Shown: piece after piece, positions 1 to 13,632 of the stretch
Numbering within the stretch: the stretch's first letter is position 1
How the letters are laid out: each line of letters starts with the position of its first letter
DNA from: Eledone cirrhosa
Lineage: Eukaryota
DNA length: 64,000 nucleotides
Direction: 5' to 3'
Assembly (NCBI GenBank): GCA_964016885.1
Contig: OZ024743.1
Coordinates: forward strand, 221,464,001 to 221,528,000
Program-made: the position numbers and the translations under genes
The notes under the pieces: model-generated
Seen by the model: the letters and a program-made list of their open reading frames with translations, nothing else
What the model was told of the DNA's origin: nothing
Databases searched by the model: none

Positions 1-31
1 GTCTCGGTTACCCACTCCGTATGCGTATATA

Positions 32-120
<89 letters not shown>

Positions 121-222
121 AAAAAGAGAAATAGGACGAAGGTAAACAGTTACAAAAGGATTTAATCCACGTATTAACAATTGTTTCATCAGAATTTCAG
201 TCCATGATTGCTATACTATGTA

Positions 223-294
223 TGGGGTCGATAAAATAAAGTACCAGTAATGTACTGGGTAATTGCTGGCCTTGTGCCAAAAGTAGAAACAATT
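223..294 (+). mobile_element. 5'-truncated tRNA-derived SINE (octopus-type family 1) with 16-bp TSD
   Basis: GGGGTCGATAAAATAAAGTACCAGT...CCAAAAGTAGAAACAATT; TSD ATTGCTATACTATGTA at 207-222 and 295-310. Absent from the inverted arm at ~995-1015. Confidence 0.9.
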
Positions 295-740
295 ATTGCT
301 ATACTATGTAATAATAGGCAATCAAGAAAGATACTGTGGCATCCGAATTTTTAAAATACAAAGTTGAAATGACCTTAGGAAATGAAATAAGGGGTAGTAG
401 TGTAAGATAGAGGAACATAGAGAGAGATGGGCAAAAGAGAGGGAGAGAGAGAAAAGGGACGGAGGTAGGGAGAGAAAGAGAAAGAGATAGGGTGGTGTGA
501 GAGGATTTGTATAGAATATAGTTAAGTTACAAGAAGGGAGGGGGAGGAGGGTTGTGTGCTAAACGTTGTGATGAGTAGAGGGAGAGAGAAGGAAGATAGA
601 ATTTTAAGTGGCAGTTGGTAGTGGACAGGCGAAAGTTTTACCAGAGAATAGATGAAGGAAGAAAGTATTAAATTTCATATATAGTCTATTTTTAGGAGTG
701 TAGAATTGTTATTTAGGGTAGAAAAGGAAGAGAGGTAGTG

Positions 741-881
741 TTAAGATTTAGTTGAAGGTTTGAAGTGTGAGAACTTCGCTTTTAGTTTATGCTGGCAAAA
801 GATTGACCTTTCAATGTTGTTGTTGAGTAGTTGGTGGCCTGAGCTTAGGATATGGAAGAGCTCATTATTACACAACGGGCA
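741..881 (-). pseudogene. PLE GIY-YIG endonuclease C-terminal remnant
   Basis: Manual translation CPLCNNELFHILSSGHQLLNNNIERSIFCQHKLKAKFSHFKPSTKS* fits the Neptune-type CxLCxxExxxI...LLNxRxE...CRH tail. Confidence 0.7.
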
Positions 882-948
882 CGTTTTCTATGCTCCTCTA
901 TCTTACACTACTACCCCTTATTTCATTTCCTAAGGTCATTTCAACTTT

Positions 949-1049
949 GTATTTTGAAAATTCGGATGCCACAGTATCTTTCTTGATTGCCTATTATTAC
1001 ATAGTGTAGCAATAATGGACTGAAATTCTGATGAAACAATTGTTAATAC
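949..1049 (+). ncRNA. degenerate type I hammerhead with long stem II
   Basis: GTATT-TTGAAAA-(~70 nt)-GAAAC-AATT-GTT-AATAC: stem I GTATT/AATAC and palindromic stem III, but the core deviates from CTGANGA. Confidence 0.4.
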
Positions 1050-1226
1050 GTGGATTAAATCCTTTTGTAACTGTTTACCTTCGTCCTATTTCTCTTTTTT
1101 GATTACACTCCTCGTTTGTTCGTGTTTCTACTACAGAATCCCTACCAACCTGTCGAGTCACCTTAACGTATATTGATAACTTTCCTCACAACTTGTTCTA
1201 CCAAGCTTTGGAATATTCCTAATTAC

Positions 1227-1320
<94 letters not shown>

Positions 1321-1524
1321 GAACGAAATGGGGAGATAAAGAGGCAGGAACAGACTATGTGACAGATAGGGACACAGACAGATAATTATGCGGATGTAGG
1401 AGTGTGCCCTACATTATAAGAACTTTATGGAAAATTCAATTCATTTATATCAGTAAAACAAAACACAAGACAAAAACTGGATTATTGGTGAGTTGTTTGA
1501 CTACAACAGTATAGCAGGGACAGT

Positions 1525-1855
1525 GGTGGTAACATGGCCGAATACATAAGAAGTTTGCTTCACAGTTCTAAAGCCTCGGTACGATTTCATTGTGTGGCAT
1601 CTTATGCAACAACCATTTATCCATAGTCGCGGGTTGGTCCAAGCATTAGGTATGAAATTCGGCTCACGAAAACTGTTTGGATCTCCGTTGTAATTCAAAG
1701 AGGTTAGTTATATCACTCATTGTGTCACGTTGAATTTCACGGTGAATTAACTTAAGGATACACGTGCCTTTATAATACGCATCTATTTTCAGGCTGATGT
1801 TATGAGCAAGCTCTTCCGTTGGTTGAACAATTGGAACACATTGCTGAAATCGAAG
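1525..1855 (+). mobile_element. old tRNA-derived SINE (octopus-type family 2)
   Basis: CATGGCCGAATACATAAGAAGTTTGCTTC head; GTGTCACGTTGAAT...TTAAGGATACACGTG...GAGCAAGCTCTTCCGTTG 3' part. Related copies at 12450-12725, 31025-31284 and 63515-64000. Confidence 0.6.
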
Positions 1856-2245
1856 GTTAAATAAGTACAGAAACGAAAACCTTTGTAACATGTATTTTTT
1901 TTTTACAAGAAAACTAAAAAAATATCTAAAAATACAAGTAAGAAAATATATAATATAAAACTAAATAAAAGAAGGAAAAACTAAAAGTGAATGTAAAAGA
2001 AGAATATTGAATGGAAAGTTCTCGAAATACTCCAATTCCTATCAGCTTATCACCATTGAGGTTTAACTCACATTTCTCTCTACAAGAGAATCACTGATAA
2101 TCATTATTCGAGTTGTTCCCTCCTGAGATGTGTGTGAAGCATAATCTTCCCCGGAACACATATATAAGCTCCTTATATAATTCCTATTTTGATTAAATTC
2201 TACTCAGGAAGAAACAAACACAAAAAAAGATACGATCATCATCAT

Positions 2246-2345
2246 TTCTTCTTCTTCTTCTTCTTCTTCTTCTTCTTCTTCTTCTTCTTCTTCTTCTTCT
2301 TCTTCTTCTTCTTCTTTTTCTTCTTCTTCTCCTTTCTTCTCTTCT
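2246..2345. repeat. (TTC)n microsatellite
   Basis: Direct inspection. Confidence 0.95.
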
Positions 2346-2721
2346 CAATAGACATAACGTGAAGACAAATGTTATAACAAAGTCTCAACAGTTTACAATA
2401 CAAATACTAATTGCACTTTATACAGTATTCTTCCTCTTTAATTTTACTAACGTCATTCAAATTTGTTTACTTGTTTGTTTGTTTTTTCGGTTCTAAAGAA
2501 TTGGAACCAATGTTTTCTTAATCAGATATCTAACCTCCTTCAAAGGTTTAACGATGCTATTACCATTGTCAAAGGGGATGATGTGGCACAGTTGTCTGAA
2601 TATCGAATAGAATGTATTGTAGTATGTGTTCCACACTGAGCTCAAATCCCGACAAGCCCCATTTTGCCTTTCGTCCATTCAAGGTCGATAAATAAAATAT
2701 CAGTTCAATACTAGGTTGGAT

Positions 2722-2793
<72 letters not shown>

Positions 2794-3089
2794 TACACAC
2801 ACGTTTTCTCTCTGAAAGAGACCGGTTGTGTTCAGACCCGGAGAACAATGTGCTCATACAAGTCTAAAAATGTATTAAGCCATGCCCTATATCGGCAACT
2901 CCATCAAGGGTTATGGGCCCATGGATGGGCATAGATTAGCATATTCTAACTAACTCAATACCAATGAACGACAGTATTGTCATTAGCAGAATCAGGTTTA
3001 GAATAGATACATTCTACCCCTACACCAGAAAGGACATCTGACCGTAAAACTTCACCTCAAAAAGGATATAGTTGTGATATTCTAACTTA

Positions 3090-3505
3090 GCTGGTATGAT
3101 TGCCTGTAAACGCTTGATACCTTCGACATTCTGAGTTCAAATCCTGTTAGAATCAGCGGCGATTTTATTCTTCCAGGTTTGAGAGAATTTGTGAAAATTC
3201 ATAGGCCTAGCTTTGTGTTTGATGTTCATGCTGGTGTGTAGCTGTAGTTCAAAGAGCCAGCTTTGTAGCAGATAGTCACCCTGTGGTGCAGCTGTAAATT
3301 AAGGCCAAGCTTTATCATAGATAGTCATGTTGGAATGTAGCTGTAACTCAAAGGCCCAGTTTTGTAACAGTCATGCTGGTTCGGCTTGGGAATTATATTA
3401 TGATTATAGGTGCCTGTAGAATAATCTTTCTCTAACATATTGGTTTAAAGTGTCGGACGTTCGATTGATCAAACAACTAGATGCTCATCATCGAAACCAA
3501 CCGTG
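3090..3505 (+). mobile_element. degenerate SINE(s) with ~49-bp internal tandem repeats
   Basis: TTCTGAGTTCAAATCC B-box-like motif at 3130-3145; three imperfect copies of GCTGTARNTCAAAG..CCAGCTTTGT..CAGATAGTCA. Confidence 0.5.
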
Positions 3506-5781
3506 TGTTTGTGTCTGTATGAGCATGTGTGTGTCTGTTTGTGTGCCTTTATGTGTATATGCGTATGTACGTGTTCGTTTGTACGTGTGTACGTATGTAT
3601 GAGTGTCTGTTTGTGTGTAGGGGGAATAAGTCGTATTTAAATGTGGGTTTCTGTGTATGAATATGTGTGAGTGTTTATTTGTGTATGTGCATATATGTGT
3701 GTGTGAGAGAGAGAGAAAGCATATTTATGTATGTGTTTCTGTGTTTGAATATGTGGCTTTGTGTGTGTGTTTGCTTTTGTGTATGTGCGTATGTGTGTGT
3801 CTATTTTTGCGTGTGTGTGTGAGATTATTATGAGTGTGTGCTTGTGTATATATATGTGTGTGTGTTTGTGTGTGTGAGTTCTGCCTACAAGTATAAATCG
3901 TGCATGAACGTGTGAATTCAAGAGACATACCCAGACAAAGACATGCGCGCTCGCATGCTTGCTCGGTTCTGGATTAATGAATAGCTGGTGTCTGTTTTGA
4001 TTGTATTGTTGTTGTTCTCGTTGTTGTCTTGTTGTTTTGTTGTTGTTATTTTGTTGATATTGTTTATGCTGTTGTTGTTGTTTGGTTCCTCATTCAGCGA
4101 CAGCGAATAATAAACTTCTCTACATCAACAATGTCTACAACAACAATGTTGATATCTTGCAGTATTTAGATGTTGATGATGTCTAAACTAACAAGTATTC
4201 CCCCTTAATTTTACTTCTTAAGCAAACCCTTATTGCTTCGTTAATATTGTGTTGCTGTTATTGTTGATGTTGTTGTTCTTGCTGTTGTTCATCTTTTTTG
4301 CCGTTACTATTCGCATTTCAAAGAAGTTTAATCAGTAGGGAGTTTAAACTGAAGAATTAACAAAACAAAATTAATTTGGGCCTGAAAATATCAAAAATAA
4401 GGGAGGAATTTTTAATCAACAACTAAACCCATTCTGACGATTCTTTAATAAACACTTCGGTAGTTTCACGCAAAAGAAAAAAAACGCAATTTAAATAGGA
4501 TTTGAAATATAATAAAAAAGGATATTACAAAATTAAAGGAGAACTACCATGTTGAAACTAAGCTGTCATGTAAAATCGCCATTCCGCTAATAATCATCAA
4601 ATGTGCTAATCTAACTTGAAAGTGATCCAAAAATATAAAAATTAAATGCATTATTATAATCATGTAATGACGTGTCTAACTAAAGTTTCGTACCTCATCC
4701 GTTTTTCCGGGAGGAAAAATGATTTTATTCTAACTAAATTTAAACATACTCTAAGCTACTGTAGTCCTTTCCCCTGCCATGCCATTTTCAAACTGCTTTA
4801 CAATAATTAGAACAAAATTCTCCTTTCAAAGTATTTAAGCGCAGAAACGAAAATAAGACACAATCAGTGTCTAATAAATAAAAATATAATTTAAAACGAA
4901 ATACAATAAAACGGACAGCACAAAAGATCACAAGATAGTCATTATTCCTAATTTGTTGTTATGATGTTGAAAACACAAGAAATGAAAAGAAAACCTCCCT
5001 TTTTTTAAGTAAAATAATCTCCTCTAAACATTGGAGAATTGAAGCAAGTACCTAATGCAGAACAAATATTATTTCTGTCTATAATCTCTGTACACATACT
5101 TTGCCATCAAACTATACGTGACTTCTTTAGAAGAAAGGGAAAGAAAAAAAATCAAAATGGTAGTAACAAATGTCTCAATAGAAAGGAGATTCTATAACGA
5201 AGAAAAAATTTGTAAGGACTGTAGGATTTTGCCACGGAAAATAAACATGTAATTATACAAAACGAACTCAGATACTATCGACTAAAGCACGAAATGTGGA
5301 AAAGGCTGTCATTTTATTTTCTTTCTTTAAGCACAATAAATAAATCGTGGTCCGAACAGATCGGCTTAAATCCGTTATTTGTTATTTGATCATTTATAAA
5401 TCCATAACTCAAGGATAAATAACGAGTTGTAGCTACAAATGAAGGAAGGATTTGCTATACATTTTCTTTATATTTTGTGTTCAACTTGATTCGATGTCGA
5501 AAGGATAAATACTTCAAACTACTGTGTGATTATTTTACTAGAATGTCAATAATACTTAGAATAAAGAGTAGTAAAAGAAAAGAAAAAAAGAGAATATCGA
5601 AGATTAACTCTAATAGGTAGATTTATGAGTAATAAATGCAAATGGTGAATAAATCTATTCAAACAAATCGAATAGCAAACACGAATACATCAACGTAAAA
5701 ATAGAGACAGAAAGAAAAATGCCTGGCAATGCTAAGAAACGCTAAACTAAATTACAGATACTTCCGGTAGTCGTTTTCGCT

Positions 5782-5871
<90 letters not shown>

Positions 5872-7469
5872 CCCTCTATCTCTATCTATCTCTATCTATC
5901 TATCTCTGTCTTGTCTTTCAGAAATGTTGATGCGCTCTTCGTTCAGCTAAACAGCGCAGAAGCTATAAAGTATTTAAGCGGCTATATAGAGAAATGTTAA
6001 TGAGTTTATTAACTTAAATCCGTTTATTCTATTTCGTATGGCGTTTCGTGAACAAGCATACATTTTAAAGATTTATACAAATCTAAAACGGCTCGGAACA
6101 TTAACTGTTCAATGTGTGACTAACGCTTTCTTAGCCGCCGCCGTCAGTAAAGTTTGTCACATTGCATCGCTTCCGTTGCACTTCACACACAAAGAAGAAG
6201 AATGTTCTTCTTGAAAGAAAATAAGCAAATACCAAAAAGTAAACTCTCAATTTAAATTATTTCATGAAAATAGAATTAGACATTAAATTTCCACTAAATT
6301 TTATTTCCGTAATTCAATTTTCCATTAATTGAATTTTTATTTAAACAATATTATGAATGTTACTCGATATATTTGAACAATATTTTCAAATGTTCTTCAA
6401 TATATTTAAACTGAGTTTGCAAATTGTATTATCGTTATTTATTGAATATATTTTTGTGCTTATTTTTATTTATTCAATTATTTTTACTGAGTACAGTTAA
6501 AAGACAAAAAACAATATCCCTTAAATTCAGTTTTTTCTTTTCACAATCTAAGTTTTATTTAATATATTCTATGTAAAACTGTTTTATAGTTAAGTGCTAA
6601 GATTGTGCAGAGACAAATCAGTGGCACAGTTTTAATTCCATTTTGAATCTGATTCGTTTCACTTAGATGGCTATTTTAAAAATAAAAGGCAAAGGACATT
6701 TAATTCCTGGTGGAGTTGTAGAGAAACCGTTGGCGGCGTCCCTCTCCAGAGAGTGGGGAATAATCGATCCCAGTACTAGACTGTTATTATTGATGACTGT
6801 TTGCTTCGAAATTTCGTCGATGATACCTGTAACCCCAGTGGAAAACATTGCCGAAACATCGAAGTAAAGAATCACTATTAATAACAAATAAAATATTCAC
6901 TCTATATACATTAGTGCTTCTCACACTAGAGTTACTGAGATTCCAAAAAGGGTTGAAGGAAGAAAAGCGTAAATTGTATGATTGTATGTTTATATATGAA
7001 ATGAAATGCCTATCATACCCAACTAAAGTGGCAATCACGAATTCAAAAGTCACAAAAAGGTGCTGCTTCAAACTTAATCTCATTTTGGACTCTACATTTA
7101 CAGAGATTTGTAAAGCACGTCGATGTTAATAACGTACTTGGATGAAAATTATTATATGAGAATTCAAAATAGGGAGAAATTGAGAAAATCTGAGATTGCA
7201 AGGAGAGGAATGTGACCTCGGGGACTTTCTGCTATTTATCACGCAAAACCATAAAACATGCACCATACATATCAAAGCATTCTTTTATTTGTTTCCTATT
7301 TTTTTTAGCCGCCGGTCATCTCTGATCGTGGTTATCCTCTTTTTGTACATAATATGCTATGTTTCCCAATGTGTACTTGCCTTCTTTTTTTAAGGCGATA
7401 GCGTGTGATATAGAGCGAGGATTTAGCTGGTGGTCATGGAGCAGATATTGTGTTGGCTCGAAGCAAAAT

Positions 7470-7860
<391 letters not shown>

Positions 7861-8425
7861 TAAAGGTCGGGGCGTTCTGAAGGAAGTGTATGCATGCAAA
7901 TAGTGTCTTACAATCTAAGACTATTCGCGCAATTTCAAAACCGAAACTGTCTTTATGAATGTTGAAGTAGTGAAAAAGAAGAAAGAGAGATAACTCCTTT
8001 GGTCTGAGCTGAGCCAAGATTTTTTGGAATAATTTAAGGTATTTTAGTGGGATTGAACTTTCTCAGTTAGTTCAATCCCACTGTCTATAAGCCAACATAT
8101 TCATAAAATCTAGTTTAAATCGATATGTAGTAATATCAAATGGTTACCATTCTTTTTCGATTCGACCGGTTCCGCAAAATCTGATAAATCGGAGATATTA
8201 TATATAGAAATTTTATATTAAATAAATAAATATATATATATATGAAACAGCAACAACAGCAGTAACACTACCACTGCCACCATTACCACCATACACACAC
8301 ACACATACACACACACACATATATATATATGTGTGTGTGTGTATGTGTGTGTGTGTGTGTATGGACACATTGTTGGCTAATAAAGACTTTTGATGTATTG
8401 AAGGCTTCTTTGTTTTACTTTCATA

Positions 8426-8519
<94 letters not shown>

Positions 8520-8520
<1 letters not shown>

Positions 8521-9000
8521 ATTAAGTTAAAAATGTACATCCACATATGTATACTGAAATACTAGTATGCATATGAATACACACACGTGTACATATGTAG
8601 ATGTACCGAGTTTTTCACTGGTTACTTTACTGTGAGTGTCCAGCTATTCTGTATGTAAACACACAGACAAACCGGTTTTTAGAGTCATACTGGTTTTTGA
8701 GGAAACACCTTTCCTCTATTCTCCAGAGAATAGAGGAAAGGTGTTTCCTCAAAAACCAGTATGACTCTAAAAACCGGTTTGTCTGTGTGTTTACATACAG
8801 AATAGCTGGACACTCACAGTAAAGTAACCAGTGAAAAACTCGGTACATCTACATATGTACACGTGTGTGTATTCATATGCATACTAGTATTTCAGTATAC
8901 ATATGTGGATGTACATTTTTAACTTAATTGTTTAAGCGTCAGTCATACAAAAGTGAGTTACAAACGAAACGAAATTTAATTTCGTTTCGTTATTTGTTTT
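8520..9000. mobile_element. perfect 204-bp foldback element with ~70-bp extension on the right, inserted in (TA)n
   Basis: 8520-8723 is the exact reverse complement of 8726-8929 with a 2-nt loop (CA); unique extension 8930-9000; TA arrays on both sides. Confidence 0.8.
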
Positions 9001-9067
9001 TATATATACATACATATATATATATGTGTGTGTGTGTATAAATATATATGTATATATATATATATAC

Positions 9068-9167
<100 letters not shown>

Positions 9168-10455
9168 ATATACATATATATATGTGTGTGTGTGTGTGTA
9201 TATACATATATATATATGTGTGTGTGTGTGTGTATATACATATATATATGTGTGTGTGTGTATATACATATATATATGTGTGTGTGTGTGTGTATATACA
9301 TATATATATATGTGTGTGTGTGTGTGTATATACATATATATATACGTGTGTGTGTTAGGTCTAACTACAGTTACAACCGGTGCGCAGTTGAAGCACTCGA
9401 TGTTGCTGCTAGATCCGTCACGTGTTGTATTGCAGAGTTAAGGCGACTCTAATGTACAGACTGTAAATAAAGTAAGTGGGATCGCAGTCACTGTTGCAGC
9501 ATATATATCCATCCGCTCAGGTAGAATCATGATGACCGGGAGCCGACGTTTCCTCGATATTTCATCAGATATGCGAGTTTATATGTGCAAAGACACATCC
9601 ATATATATATATATAGAGAAATTTAAAGTATCTTGCTCACATATAATGTCAATGTTTACTAGGTCATTTTAACAAAGTTTTTATCATACAGAAATTAGTT
9701 TATACCAAACTCACAGAAATGGAAATTTTCATTCACCAGCCACTGTCTTATTCTTCAGGATTAAATTATTTTTTCTAATTTTCTTTCTTTTTTTAAATTA
9801 ATAAAACATCAATGCAATTCGTTACATATTTTAGATAAATTATCAATAGAATAAACTACTACATATTTTTAGAAGAAAATTGTCATCATTTATCAAGGTC
9901 TATGATACGAGTAGGTTCTATCGGAATAGACAATAACATTTAATCATCATATAAGAAGCACCCGACTTTTTAGCTGAACTAATCATACCATCATTGTGTT
10001 TTGAAGGCAAATGGCGGAAAAGAAATATCTTCGTATGTTTTGATTTGGAAAAAAATCATAACCTTAATTTCTCGATCAAACAATCAACTATTTTACACAC
10101 AGCAAAAATGTAATAATAATAATAAAATAAAATAAAATATTAAAATCCATAAAATTAATGATATTGTATAAGAGTAATTTTTCTACAAGATATTACAGCC
10201 TAAGGATATTTAGAAAGATCTTAATTGCATGACCTCGTTGTATTTAAAGTTGTACAGATTGTAATCTTCATATATTGTATTCGTCAGTGATGGAAATACA
10301 TATATTTTAGAATGAGTAAAAAATATAACTTTGACATATATTAGATCTGAAGATCCCGTCGTATTCATTATCAGTTCATTGAAGATATATCGAGATAGCT
10401 AAATAGACAGACAGACAGATAAACAAATACATAGATAGATAGATAGATAGATAGA

Positions 10456-10485
10456 TTTCTTTATTTGCCACAAGGGCGCACAAGA
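10456..10485 (-). mobile_element. extreme 3' end of Tx1-type LINE next to (GATA)n
   Basis: TTTCTTTATTTGCCACAAGGGC matches the 3' termini at 55921, 55955 and 60769; preceded by a GATA array. Confidence 0.65.
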
Positions 10486-10558
10486 AAATGGGTAAATCGG
10501 TTTGTATATGTACATATGTGTGTTATCTTGCGCGTGCGTGTATATATATATATATATA

Positions 10559-11437
10559 CGAGGTGTGTCAGAAAAGTTCCAGGACTGATGTCACAAAAGA
10601 TTTATTTCAAACCCAAACTTCACACAAAGAGTTTTCTCCTTCAAAGTAATCCCCCTGGAGTATGTAACTGTAATCTTAGCTCTCTGCAGCGAACAAACTT
10701 TTTTCTTCATAATTTTATATATATGTCCTCTGTTTCCAGTCGTCAAGCAATGAGCACAGAGCAACGAACAAACTTGAAGTTTCTGGTACGGTTGGGGAAA
10801 ACTCCGTCAGAAGCACTGGGATTGCTGCAGCAAGTGTATGGCGATGAGACGATGTCACGCTCACGTGTTTTTGAATGGTGCAAGATGACCCCAGAAGCGG
10901 AAGGCCCTCAACTATCAGGACTGAGGTCAACGTTGAGCGCTTCAGGCAGATGGTGCGTAGCGATCGTCGGCTGACTGTTCGACTGATGGCAAATGAGCTG
11001 GGCATGAATCGGGACAGCGTCTGGAAGATTCTCACTGAAGATTTGGACATGCGGAAAGTCTGCGCGAAGATGGTGCCAAAACTGCTGAACGATGACCAGA
11101 AGGGTCGACGATGCAAGTGTGCCAGGATATCCTCGAGCGTCTTGAAACCGAACCAGACTTGCTAGGGACAGTCATCACCGGTGATGAGTCATGGATCTTC
11201 GAGTGCGACCCGGAGGGGGACCGTTTTGAAGACGACATCAAAAAGGCCGTGACGACGGAACTGCGGAGGATCCCGGAAGAATCCTTCCAGGAGTGCATGC
11301 AAGCGTGACAGAAAAGGGTGGAAAAGTGCATTAGAGTCCAGGGGGATTACTTTGAAGGAGGAAACTCTTAGTGTGAAGTTTGGGTTTGAAATAAATCTTT
11401 TGTGACATCAGTCCTGGAACTTTTCTGAGCCACCTCT
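10559..11437 (+). mobile_element. internally deleted mariner (Tc1/mariner) with ~101-bp terminal inverted repeats, TA target
   Basis: 10559-10659 is the reverse complement of 11337-11437 (~5 mismatches); TA on both sides; transposase remnants inside. Confidence 0.92.
10750..11371 (+). pseudogene. mariner transposase pseudogene (irritans-like), frameshifted, catalytic domain deleted
   Basis: MSTEQRTNLKFLVRLGKTPSEA HTH, DDPRSGRP, KVCAKMVPKLL, VITGDESWIF, then a jump to GDRFED...KCIRVQGDYFEG*. Confidence 0.88.
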
Positions 11438-11469
<32 letters not shown>

Positions 11470-11772
11470 GAGAGAGAGAGAGAGAAATAGAGAGGAAGAG
11501 AAGAGAGAGAACATGGTCCATTTTCTATGAACTTCATAATTTCTTAGTGCGTCGAAAGTTCGAATGTTCGAACTTTGCATACGATGTTTCTTTATATATG
11601 TCTTGATATTTTCTTTAAATATGTCTTGGAATTTACACGACAATTGAATCGACCGTAATATATCACTGGTATTTATAACTGAAGAAAGTGTAACTAAATA
11701 CAGTAAAGCTTTTTGTGCGCATTTTGTTATTATTCTCTGCTAACTATTTACTTTGTATTATTTATCGTTTAA

Positions 11773-11901
11773 GTATTATTTTACGGTCTGAGTTCAAAAT
11801 CCCGCCGAGGTTTACTTTGCTTTTTATCCTTACGGGGTCGATAAAATAAAGTACCACTAATGTACTGGGTAATTGTTGGTCTTGTGCCAAAAGTAGAAAC
11901 A
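11773..11901 (+). mobile_element. SINE family 1, 5'-truncated, 16-bp TSD
   Basis: TSD ATTATTTATCGTTTAA at 11757-11772 and 11902-11917; GAGTTCAAAATCCCGCCGAGG B-box region. Confidence 0.88.
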
Positions 11902-11919
11902 ATTATTTATCGTTTAACT

Positions 11920-12145
11920 AAAGGTAGTGGATTGGCAGAGTCGTTAGAGCGTCTGACAAATGCGTAACAGTATTTGTTCCGGCTCTTTACGTTCTGAATT
12001 CAGATCTTGTTGGGGTCATCTTTGCCTTTCTTCATTTCAGGGTCGATAATATAAAGTACCCGTCATGTACTGGGTCAATTTAATCGAGTTACCCACTTAA
12101 AACAGAAGGAAATACTGCTTTTGTGTCTAAATTAAAGACTATTAT
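11920..12145 (+). mobile_element. older full-length SINE family 1
   Basis: GGATTGGCAGAGTCGTTAGAGCG A-box-like head; GGGTCGATAATATAAAGTACC core. Confidence 0.75.
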
Positions 12146-12449
12146 TTATTTTCTCTTTGTGAGCCCTGTGTAGCTAATAAAAAAACCATAGTTTCATTTA
12201 TTTGATTGCTTGTTTTCCCTTGAAATGTCCTCCCCCAAAAAAACAATTTCCTGACTATATAAGAAAGTAAATAAGTTGATCGTTAGATCTCTCTAAGGAA
12301 ACTATGTTTTTATCAGCCTTTCCACTACTGATACTATAAACTGGTCTTATCTCCTGGCAGAAGTGTCACCGTTATTCCGGTGTCACAAGGCTAGATTTAA
12401 CCGCAAAATCTACAGAGCTAACATAACGCAAAGCATCCTTTCCGACTCT

Positions 12450-12725
12450 TATTAATAATTCCACCAATCCACGAACCCTATTACTGAACGCAATTCTATG
12501 GGAGATTTAGCCTGACACAATGTGACAAGGCTGGTCCTTTAAATTACAGACACAGTTCATTCTGTGAGCTTCCAAATAGCCTCTCTCGTTCAGATTCATT
12601 CGTAAGGATCGAGTCGATCTGAAACTGTGATAAGTGACACTTGTCAAAGATGTCACGCAGAGGAATCGAAACTGGGATTTTATGATTGTGATGTAAACTT
12701 CTTACCATTCGGTCATGCCTGCATC
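12450..12725 (-). mobile_element. degenerate SINE family 2
   Basis: The reverse complement begins TGCAGGCATGACCGAATGGTAAGAAGTTT, homologous to the 1525 copy. Confidence 0.55.
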
Positions 12726-13289
12726 AACATATATTTCCTTGTGTACAAGGAAAGCTATATTCGAATTTAAACGACATAGATTTTTATATTAGCTGCCAAC
12801 ATTAATAAAGGAACGTCTAATATTTTCTAGACGTCTGCCTGACTATCCGGGAGGTTAGATACTTTGGCTTCAAGTGTAATGATATAGTCAATAATACTTT
12901 CTAACAATACATTTCTAAATTAGCTGAATGAAATGTAGAAATCTTGGATTTTAGCCGATTTAGTTTCTACGACTTTTAACTCGCTCATTACTTTTCTTTT
13001 GCTCATTACTTTTCTCTTAGCTTAAATTTATTTTGCTTTCCATATTAACCTCTACTTGAACCATCTGTAGGTAGAAATAAGATGGTCGACTAATTTTGCT
13101 TTAGGTAAGTCTATAGTGTAACTTTGCCAACAATAATGTTTATGTTTCCTTTACAATTGCATTTTTGCTACTTCAAATAAAGATTTTAGTGAATACTAAT
13201 AACTTCTTCTCTGTGGACAAATTTAAGCAAATATTTCAAAATACACGCAGCTTGCAATAGTTGTGTTGGTAAATTTGTATTGCTATCAT

Positions 13290-13632
13290 TATTACCAACA
13301 GCGAGGTGTGTGTCGAGTATTAAAGGGAAATAGAAAGATCAATAAGTATACAGAGTTTGTAGGCGCTATTAGAACTGAACACCATGTAGAGACAGACGTC
13401 ATGCCAATCGTCATCGGGGCGCTAGGCACGCTCAGTAAAACGCTTTACGTTTTTCATCAAAAACCTTGGGATCTCCGACTTCATACGCAGTGCCCAAATT
13501 TCTACCATCACTAGCACTGCCACAATCCTGCGCGATATATTAAACCTCTGTGATCAGGTACTCATCTGAGGCTAATTAACAGGCTTTACCTAGCAACCGA
13601 TTGCGAGAGAAACCTTACCAAGAAAACCAAAT
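13290..13632 (+). mobile_element. 3' fragment of R4/Dong-type non-LTR retrotransposon (restriction-like endonuclease end)
   Basis: RKINKYTEF...VMPIVIGALGTLSK, frameshift, LGISDFIRSAQISTITSTATILRDILNL; flanked by short (TAT/TAA)n. Confidence 0.75.

Larger units (their letters stand above)
117..1230 (-). mobile_element. 5'-truncated Neptune-type Penelope-like element with inverted pseudo-LTR, inserted in (TA)n
   Basis: 117-423 is the reverse complement of 885-1103, apart from a SINE in the left arm. The minus strand at 741-881 encodes a GIY-YIG C-terminal tail. (TA)n on both sides. Confidence 0.8.

Noticed and set aside
1501-1891. Two complex-looking minus-strand ORFs (65 and 75 aa)
   Set aside because: They are antisense translations of a decayed SINE family 2 copy.
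6663-7129. Cluster of short ORFs
   Set aside because: Contains SINE-like motifs (CCTGGTGGAGT, ATCGATCCCAGTACTAG); no protein motif or supported splice structure.
8601-8848. Mirror-image 73-aa ORFs on both strands
   Set aside because: Artefact of the perfect palindrome.
9541-9572. Hammerhead core CTGATGA..GAAACGTC on the minus strand
   Set aside because: Stems I and II do not pair; kept only as a decayed candidate.
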